DNA of 14,882 bases from Fastidiosibacter lacustris. GTDB lineage: Bacteria; Pseudomonadota; Gammaproteobacteria; Francisellales; Francisellaceae. Shown here piece after piece: positions 8,361-14,882 of this stretch (position 1 is the first letter of the stretch; every line of letters starts with the position of its first letter). The position numbers and the translations under genes were made by a program. Location: NCBI RefSeq assembly GCF_003428155.1, contig NZ_QLIR01000029.1, positions 1-14,882 on the forward strand, given 5' to 3'. The notes beneath the pieces were generated by a model. That model was not told where the DNA came from, searched no databases, and worked only from the letters and a program-made list of their open reading frames with translations.

Positions 8361-9070
8361 ATGACATCACAAATAAAAATGAAGAAAATAATGCCTGAAA
8401 AAAAACTGATAAAATTTAATAACCGTGGAAAAGCATTTTTAGGTGCTCCTTCAGGTGGGAGGTGCTTTGGAGCTGTCGTTAACTTTTCACACAACCAGGT
8501 CGTAAAAAAATAAAAGATGCTTATGTAAGTTCAACTATTGCTGATCTGATACAAACTAAAGCAAGTCTAATAAAAGAAGATAAAGATAAAATTTATGCTG
8601 AACAGTTTTTAGAAAGTAAAACTTTATTTAAAGCAAACACCATGGAGGCTTTAGTAGATTTAATTATCAATTCTCCTCCGGGGCTTTATAATATAGAGAT
8701 GCGACACAATAAAAAAGAAACAGGTCATATAATAGCAGTTAATGTAATTGACAGCGAAAAATCGTTATACTTTGAACCTAATAAAGGAATATATGAAATA
8801 TCAACACAGGAAGTTTCAAAGTATTTCAAAAAACATGATGAAAAGGGACAGTATAACCATTTTACTTTAAACCAAATTAATGAAATATCGTCTAAAAAGG
8901 CTTACGAAATAATGAACATGAAATCGAAAGACAAAAATTGGTTAAATAATATTGTAGAGGGGTATTTTACTGAAACAAAAGAGCCTTTCAACACACCCTT
9001 CAAGACTATGTTTGAATCAAAACAAGACTTTGAAAACCGAATTAACCAAAATTACTCAATAAACAGGTAA
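8361..9070 (+). pseudogene. Frame-split YopT/AvrPphB-like (peptidase C58) cysteine protease; disrupted gene or -1 frameshifted gene
   Basis: First frame (8361-8513): NNRGKAFLGAPSGGRCFGAVVNFSHNQVVKK*. Second frame, open from 8483 to 9070: ..KKIKDAYVSSTIADLIQ...GLYNIEMRHNKKETGHIIAVNVIDSEKSLYFEPNKGIYEISTQEVSKYF. Cys in GG.C, His in GHIIAV, and acidic residue in FEPNKGIY (normally FDPN.G) are in C58 order. The frames join by a -1 shift at A7 (8504-8510). Confidence 0.6.
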
Positions 9071-9145
9071 GAAGGGGATATTAAAATAATTGGGTAGATT
9101 CTTTCTAGGTTATAATGGCTACAATTAGTAATCTAGGAATGAAAA

Positions 9146-9232
9146 ATGAAACAGAAACAACAAAAATTATTATGTTACTCAAAGAGTAGTTATTATCGAT
9201 TTAAAGCGCTATATGAGCAAGGTGGAGAATAA
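9146..9232 (+). mobile_element. Remnant of a transposase N-terminal helix-turn-helix, possibly IS481-like
   Basis: MKQKQQKLLCYSKSSYYRFKALYEQGGE*; 'SKSSYYRFKALYEQGGE' resembles the HTH region of IS481-type transposases (S.SS.YRFK.LYE.GGE.AL), then stops. Confidence 0.5.
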
Positions 9233-9296
9233 GGTGGCAAAATATTCTATCAGACTTCGGAGGATACAAAAAGTGTGGCAAAAGTGTTGTACTTTA

Positions 9297-10502
9297 TTAA
9301 CGCTTGATTAGAAAAATAACAGTTAGAGCGGCAATAATATAAGCCATCAGCACAATTAGCATCCCATTGTGGTAGCTATTGGAGTCATATAAATAATTGG
9401 TTGCCTTTCCTTGTTGACTCACACGAATAATAAAACCAACAAGTGGTTGAAAAATAAAACCTGAAATGACAACAGCCATATTATTAAAGCCAATAGCTGT
9501 TGCACGATGTTCTAATTTATTATTACGACTGACCAGTGAGAAACTCAACGCTTGCCCAGCGCAAGCTGCTCCTGCAAGCAAAAATAAGAAGATCAGCGCC
9601 ATTAGGCTAGTAATAGGTATAAACATAATAAGTGCAAATCCTACTACACCGATTAATGCACATATTGTTAGTGTTAATTTTAGTTGATGTGTTTTATCTG
9701 CGACGAAACCAAATAGGGGGCTACCGATTGCAATGCCAATCCACATAAAAGTCACGATGGTGGCAGAGGTTGCAAAGGGTAGATTAAAGTATTGTTCAAC
9801 AAATGCAATACCGTAAAGAGATGCAACAACTGCCATTGGCATCCACAATAAGCAAGCGTAAAGGGCAATAAACCAAGTTTGAGATTGTTGAGCCACAGTC
9901 TTAAGAGCAGTCCATGCTTTGGTAGGAGCATTAGTTAAATGCTTATTAGGTAGCTTTAAAAATAAAAGCATGATGACAAAAAGTACTAAACCAAAACTGC
10001 TGATAATCACCATTGTGGTACGCCAGCCAAAATGCTTAATAAGTGGTAACAGTGGAAGTGCACCACACATTGCACCTAATGCTGCAAGCATTTGAGTGAT
10101 CCCAGTAATGAGTGTAAAGTAGTGCTTGCTAAACACATGACTTGCCACTACTAAAACTCCAGTAAAGGCAAATGCTGATCCAAACCCCATAAAAATCCGT
10201 GCACAAGTTGCCAAATAAAAGTTTGGCGCTAATCCAAACAAGAAACCACCAACGACACAAATTAATAAGGGCAATAAAATAACATTACGTGCAGAAAAGC
10301 GATCATAAAACAAACCAGCAGGAATTTGCATAAAGGTATAAGTAATAAAATAAGCACCTGAAGTAACTCCCAACCAAAAAATATCAATTTTTAAGCTATT
10401 CATAAGATGATTGGTCATAATGCCAGGAGAGACCTGAAGCGCCATTTCAAAAAACAAAAAAAGAGCGACTAAAATAAATAAAAATATTGAGCGTACCATC
10501 AT
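9297..10502 (-). CDS. Major facilitator superfamily transporter
   Basis: About 12 hydrophobic segments, with GLFYDRFSARNVI and ARIFMGFGSAFAFTG motifs. The Met at 10502 has a correctly spaced GAGG; the computed ORF extends to 10514. Confidence 0.9.
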   Translation of the reverse strand: MMVRSIFLFILVALFLFFEMALQVSPGIMTNHLMNSLKIDIFWLGVTSGAYFITYTFMQIPAGLFYDRFSARNVILLPLLICVVGGFLFGLAPNFYLATCARIFMGFGSAFAFTGVLVVASHVFSKHYFTLITGITQMLAALGAMCGALPLLPLIKHFGWRTTMVIISSFGLVLFVIMLLFLKLPNKHLTNAPTKAWTALKTVAQQSQTWFIALYACLLWMPMAVVASLYGIAFVEQYFNLPFATSATIVTFMWIGIAIGSPLFGFVADKTHQLKLTLTICALIGVVGFALIMFIPITSLMALIFLFLLAGAACAGQALSFSLVSRNNKLEHRATAIGFNNMAVVISGFIFQPLVGFIIRVSQQGKATNYLYDSNSYHNGMLIVLMAYIIAALTVIFLIKR

Positions 10503-10537
10503 GTTTTGCCTCATTTTAAAATTTCCCTAAAGTAGGG

Positions 10538-10555
10538 AGCTAAGCTTGCTTAGCT
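10538..10555 (-). terminator. Stem-loop between the acyl-CoA ligase and MFS genes
   Basis: Perfect 8-bp arms AGCTAAGC-TT-GCTTAGCT. A second small hairpin, TCCCTACTTTAGGGA on the minus strand, follows toward the MFS gene. No long U-tract, so terminator function is uncertain. Confidence 0.35.
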
Positions 10556-10561
10556 AAGTGT

Positions 10562-12639
10562 TTATAAATTACATGGCGTATTTCGACAATATCGTTGGTA
10601 ATGTGTCTTCAGCTCACGGTGCATGACTTTGTTACTTGCTGTACGTGGCAACTTATCTGTTAACACAATGTCACTGATTTTAAACAAAGGATTAAGTCTC
10701 TCCTTGAGTATGCTCTGCATTTTATTTTTAAGTTCAACTGGGCTGCACAGTCTTGTTTGGTTACCACATAAATAACGAGCTTACTGATGCCTTCATTTTC
10801 ATCACTAACCGCAATTGCCGCCAATTCATAAACGTTGTCAAGTTGAAGGAGAACTTGCTCGATCTCAGCACTGGATGTTTTGATTCCACCTAGATTCATG
10901 GTGTTATCTGCTCTACCTAATGAGCGATAATATCCATTTTCTAGCCTTAACAATAAATCACCATGACGGCGTAAAGGCACGTTATGGTAATAAGGCATTT
11001 TTTCATAGTAAATAGCGTTATTATTGGCATTGAGTAATCGGTTAGATAAGCCCAATGCACATGAACTTAATGCAGCCTCACCTTGTATTAGTCCTTCATC
11101 ATTTAGAATTTCTTGTTGTGTATTTAATAGTTTTAACTCAATACCAAAACAAGGTGTAGAAAAACAAGAAGGTACATTGGGTTGTAATAGTGTTGAGCTT
11201 ATATAAGCACCACCAATTTCAGTGCCGCCACAGTATTCAATAATCGGTTTATAGCCTGCTTTCATGGATAGGTAAAGCATATCTTCAGGATTGGAAGCTT
11301 CGCCTGTAGTTGCAAAGAGTTGAATGTGTTGCCAATTTATCTTTTCCAGTAGATTTTGATTACGCCAAGCATTGACAATACTTGGAATAACACCGAGTTT
11401 TGTCACTTTGGCTTTTTCAACAAATCGAATAAAATCCAGTGAAGTTGGAACACCATCAAAAAGTGCAAGAGTAGCACGATTAATAAAAGTCGCAAATATA
11501 AGCCAAGGTCCCATCATCCAGCCAAGATTCGTTGGCCAAGCCCAAATGTCAGACGTATTGGTATTCATATATAGCTTGGCATCAGTTGCGGCTTTTAGCG
11601 CAGTACTTTGTTCCCAAATAATTGCTTTAGGTGTGCCAGTCGTGCCAGATGAAAAAAGGACATTAATAGGTGTTTGTGCACTTTGCATATATGAGTTAAA
11701 ATCGCTTTTTAATGCGATCGGAAGATTTAATAGACTTTCAAAATCAATATCTTGTGGACGTAGATGTAATCTGGTGTAACTTGAATGCGTTTTTAAACAA
11801 ATGATGGATGCTACTTCTGTTTCAGTTATTTTTTGATACAGAGCTAAGGCTTTATCATTTCGCTCAATAAAATCTTGTGTAAAGACAAGTTGACAGTTAC
11901 TTATTTTAAGTCTGGTACAAATTTCATTAATAGAAAAACTATCTGCAATTGAAACTACAGTTGAGCCTAATTTGATAATAGCAATATACATAGCTACAGC
12001 TTCAATATTCATCGGCATTACAATTGCTATTTTGCTTTGTGGTTTTATTTTATAGTGCGTTATTAATGATTGTGCAATTCTTGTGCTCAGAGTGTCTAGC
12101 TCTTTATAGCTAAGTGTTTCTATCGTTATTTTTTCTTTTATATGCTTGTGATAGAGAATAGCAGGTTTATTCAAAATCGTGTTGTCAACATTCACACAAC
12201 TGTTTGCTATATTAAAGCGTGCATTTGGCAACCAAGTAGGTGTATAAGGAAATAAACTGTAATCAAAAACACAATTAGCAGGTTGTGTAAACTCAATCGC
12301 TAAGTCATCAATAGCTTGTTGCCAAAAAGCTTTAGCTTGTTCAATACTATAACGGTGAAAATCTGCAACCGTATCAATATTCAGTCGCTTCATCCATTGT
12401 GCAAGGTAGTAATTTTGGGATACTTTTTCATCAGGGAACCACATTGGTTTAAAAGACTCGTTTTGATAACACAACTGATAGAGTTTTAAATGCAAAGTAA
12501 ATGTGATATTTGGGTTTAGAATTTCTTTTGTGAGCACCTGCCATTTTTGTGAAGCAGTAAGGCTACTATTTTCTAAAATGGTTTGAATATGCTGAGCTTT
12601 GTCTGCCAATACGGTATTGTCTAAAAAATATAAATCCAT
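10562..12639 (-). pseudogene. AMP-dependent acyl-CoA ligase (AMP-binding family), frame broken near 10720-10730
   Basis: NVLFSSGTTGTPKAIIWEQ (P-loop), ATTGEASNPEDMLYL, EYCGGTEIGG, GRADNTMNLGGIKTSSAEIE. The expected C-terminus (LNPLFKISDIVLTDKLPRTASNKVMHREL) is intact in another frame. The best start is the Met at 12639, with AGGA upstream. Confidence 0.8.
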
Positions 12640-13060
12640 TTGGTTATTCCTAAAAGATAACATACAAGCTTTAACCATAAAGTATTGTAACTCAAATATT
12701 CTGAAAGTAGAAAAGCTTCACTTAGCAATCTTTTTAAATAATTTATGAGAAAGAAGAAAGAAAATTGTAGAATCTAAATGTCTTAAATTTAGATAAGTCT
12801 GCAATAAAGAATTGACAAACGTTGCTTTTATGTAAAAAAATGTGACTTGATGTTCTTGTAAAGTGATTCAAATTTTAACCAACAAACCGTAACAACCCAT
12901 ATAAACTAATGGCTTTAGTTGGCTAAATTAAATCAAAACTAAATTTTGCAAGGGACTTAGTTGATTGTGAATTTTTAAAAGGTGGGAAATGAAAATCTAA
13001 TCACTTAAGTATATAAACATCAACTTACAATTTTTATGCAATAAAAAGAGGAGAGAGAAC

Positions 13061-14746
13061 GTGCAAATATACAATACTAAAACAAAACTCAAAATATCAA
13101 TACTAGCCATCTTAGCTTTGCTGATAACAGCCTGTGGAGAAGAAAGTACAAAAACAACTAAGAGTGAAAACCTTAAGCAAGAAACAAAGTCAACTAATCA
13201 AACTAATCGTGCATTAAATATTAGCTTAAGCGAAAACATTCCAACCATTGATCCAGCATTGGTAAGTGATGTGATTTCATCTCGCGTTTTAAATGATTTA
13301 TTTGAAGGCTTAGTTGCTGAAGATGAAAATAATAACCCTATTCCAGGTGTGGCAGAATCATGGGATATTTCAGATGACGGAAAGGTTTATACTTTTCATT
13401 TAAGGAAAGAAGCTAAGTGGTCAAACGGCGAACCTGTCACAGCAGAAGACTTTGTATATTCTCTAAAGCGAGCGGTAACACCAAAAACAACAGCTGTGAT
13501 GGGAGTTTATTTAAATGCGATTGGTAATGCAAAGGAAATTCTTGCTGGGGAGAAATCACCAGACACACTAATGGTTAAAGCCATAGATGAAAAAACATTG
13601 GAAATTACCTTAGCTCATCCACAAGCTTATTTTCCGTCTGTGTTGATACTAGCGACAGCTCAACCTGTTTACCCACCAGCTGTAGAGCAATATGGAGATC
13701 AATGGACACAACCGCAAAATATCGTTTCAAATGGAGCTTATAAGTTAAATAAATGGGTTACAAATGGGGTGTTGAGTGTAGAAAAGAATCCCTATTATTG
13801 GGATGCTAAAAACGTTAAGATTGATCAGGTTAATTTTTATCCCATTACCTCACCCTCTGATGAGTACAATCAGTTCCGAGCCGGTCGAATAGATATGACT
13901 TACAGTTTACCACAAACAACCAGTAGTGAGCACTATCAAAAGATGTATGGTGAGCAATTTAAGAACATCAAACAACTGGGAACATATTTTTATTGGATGA
14001 ATGTAAAAGTCCCTGGATTAGATAAACTTGATGTAAGAAAAGCATTGACAATGACAGTTGATAGAAAAGCAATTACTACACATGTTCTTAAAATGGGTCA
14101 AACACCGTTATATGGTATTGTGCCAGATGGTATTCAAAATGGTATTTATGCAGATATTTATAAAACACTACCAAGCTATGATTGGGTTAATTGGAGTGTA
14201 GATAAACGTAATGATGAAGCCTTAAAGCTTTTACAAAAATCTGGTTACTCAAAAGATAATCCACTTAAACTTACCATTTCATATAATACTTTTCCAGTGC
14301 ACTTACAAATTGCGCAAGTAATTGCACAAATGTGGCAAAAAGCTTTTGATGGTGTAGTCAAAGTAAGTCTTCATAATGAAGAATGGAAAGTTTATCTGCA
14401 AACACTTAATAAAGCGGATTTTGAAGTTGCACGCCAAGGTTGGCGTGCTGATTACAATACTGCAAGTAACTTTGTCAGCCTGTACATTTGTGGCAGTAGT
14501 AGTAATCGTGGGCAATTTTGTAATGAAGAGTTAGACAAATATTACTATCAAGGTTTAGGTGCGACAACTTTGCAAGAGTATGATGAAAATATGAAAAAAG
14601 CGATCATGGTTGCAATGGATAACTATTACACTTTGCCTGTTTACAATGATTCATATTTTCGATTAGTAAGCAAAGATATAGGAGGCTATAATCCAACAGG
14701 TAATTATTTAGATCATGTTTATTCTAAATGGTTTTACTTTAAATAA
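13061..14746 (+). CDS. Peptide ABC transporter substrate-binding lipoprotein, OppA/MppA-like (GTG start)
   Basis: Lipobox LLITAC, IPTIDPALVSDVISSRVLNDLFEGL, WSNGEPVTAEDFVYSLKRAVTP, and a C-terminal GWRADYNTASNFVSLYICGSS...YYTLPVYNDSYFRLVSKDIGGYNPTGNYLDHVYSKWFYF segment. The Shine-Dalgarno is GAGGGAGAG-like. Confidence 0.93.
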   Translation: MQIYNTKTKLKISILAILALLITACGEESTKTTKSENLKQETKSTNQTNRALNISLSENIPTIDPALVSDVISSRVLNDLFEGLVAEDENNNPIPGVAESWDISDDGKVYTFHLRKEAKWSNGEPVTAEDFVYSLKRAVTPKTTAVMGVYLNAIGNAKEILAGEKSPDTLMVKAIDEKTLEITLAHPQAYFPSVLILATAQPVYPPAVEQYGDQWTQPQNIVSNGAYKLNKWVTNGVLSVEKNPYYWDAKNVKIDQVNFYPITSPSDEYNQFRAGRIDMTYSLPQTTSSEHYQKMYGEQFKNIKQLGTYFYWMNVKVPGLDKLDVRKALTMTVDRKAITTHVLKMGQTPLYGIVPDGIQNGIYADIYKTLPSYDWVNWSVDKRNDEALKLLQKSGYSKDNPLKLTISYNTFPVHLQIAQVIAQMWQKAFDGVVKVSLHNEEWKVYLQTLNKADFEVARQGWRADYNTASNFVSLYICGSSSNRGQFCNEELDKYYYQGLGATTLQEYDENMKKAIMVAMDNYYTLPVYNDSYFRLVSKDIGGYNPTGNYLDHVYSKWFYFK

Positions 14747-14796
14747 TGCATTATATGTATTAGTCTAGATATAATCTGACATTCATCTTGACTTAG

Positions 14797-14857
14797 ATGA
14801 GGTTGCCTGTTTTGATAAACGTGAAACAAAATAAATCAAAAACAGGAGCAACCTCAT
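14797..14857. repeat. Imperfect inverted repeat enclosing a Shine-Dalgarno sequence
   Basis: Left arm ATGAGGTTGC-CTGTTTTGAT (14797-14816) pairs with right arm ATCAAAAACAGGAGCAACCTCAT (14835-14857), allowing a small bulge. Confidence 0.7.
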
Positions 14858-14882
14858 GTTGGATACTAATAATAAATTCATC
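14856..14882 (+). mobile_element. Start of an unidentified CDS, possibly a transposase, running off the right edge
   Basis: AGGAG then ATG TTG GAT ACT AAT AAT AAA TTC ATC (MLDTNNKFI...). Only nine codons are visible. The element call rests mainly on the flanking inverted repeat. Confidence 0.25.

Noticed and set aside
9466-9687. Plus-strand 73-aa ORF antisense to the MFS gene
   Set aside because: It overlaps well-supported membrane-protein coding sequence, and its Ala/Ser/Asn composition is a shadow of the opposite strand.
11024-11779. 60-aa and 135-aa plus-strand ORFs inside the acyl-CoA ligase gene
   Set aside because: The opposite strand carries an unmistakable AMP-binding protein in continuous frame; these are antisense shadow ORFs.
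12773-12793. TCTAAAT-N7-ATTTAGA inverted repeat in the ligase-oppA gap
   Set aside because: Short AT-only arms in an AT-rich intergenic region are expected by chance at this frequency.
14303-14515. Minus-strand 70-aa ORF inside the OppA-like gene
   Set aside because: It is antisense to conserved OppA C-terminal sequence and has no motif.
1-14882. CRISPR array, tRNA/rRNA genes, retron or toxin-antitoxin module
   Set aside because: I saw no regularly spaced direct repeats, tRNA-like cloverleaf with CCA end, rRNA signatures, reverse transcriptase motifs or paired small toxin-antitoxin ORFs on either strand.

Overview
This is a low-GC, probably gammaproteobacterial chromosomal segment. Most of it is conserved housekeeping sequence: metG, a membrane-anchored retropepsin-like protease, darP (yjgA), glyA, a LysE-family exporter, a csp-rpsU pair, a tandem-domain UspA protein, an MFS transporter, an AMP-dependent acyl-CoA ligase and an OppA-like lipoprotein. 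Interspersed are degraded or accessory pieces: N-terminal starts of probable insertion-sequence transposases at both edges, a 43-aa VOC (glyoxalase-fold) remnant, a probable C-terminal fragment of a xylose-isomerase-like TIM barrel, and a transposase helix-turn-helix scrap. The most interesting object is at about 8361-9070. Two ORFs in different frames join into one protein if a -1 shift occurs at a perfect A7 run (A AAA AAA). The joined protein carries the Cys/His/acidic landmarks of the YopT/AvrPphB-type (C58) cysteine proteases. A 10-bp-arm perfect palindrome overlaps a candidate promoter upstream of it. The acyl-CoA ligase also has a one-base frame break beside an A-run, which removes its C-terminal catalytic-lysine region, so sequencing error must be excluded for both. 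The csp and rpsU genes overlap at TAATG, suggesting translational coupling of a cold-shock RNA-binding protein with ribosomal protein bS21. I found no clear evidence for a wholly new defence system, CRISPR array, tRNA or rRNA. All family calls are from motif recognition by eye; no database search was run.
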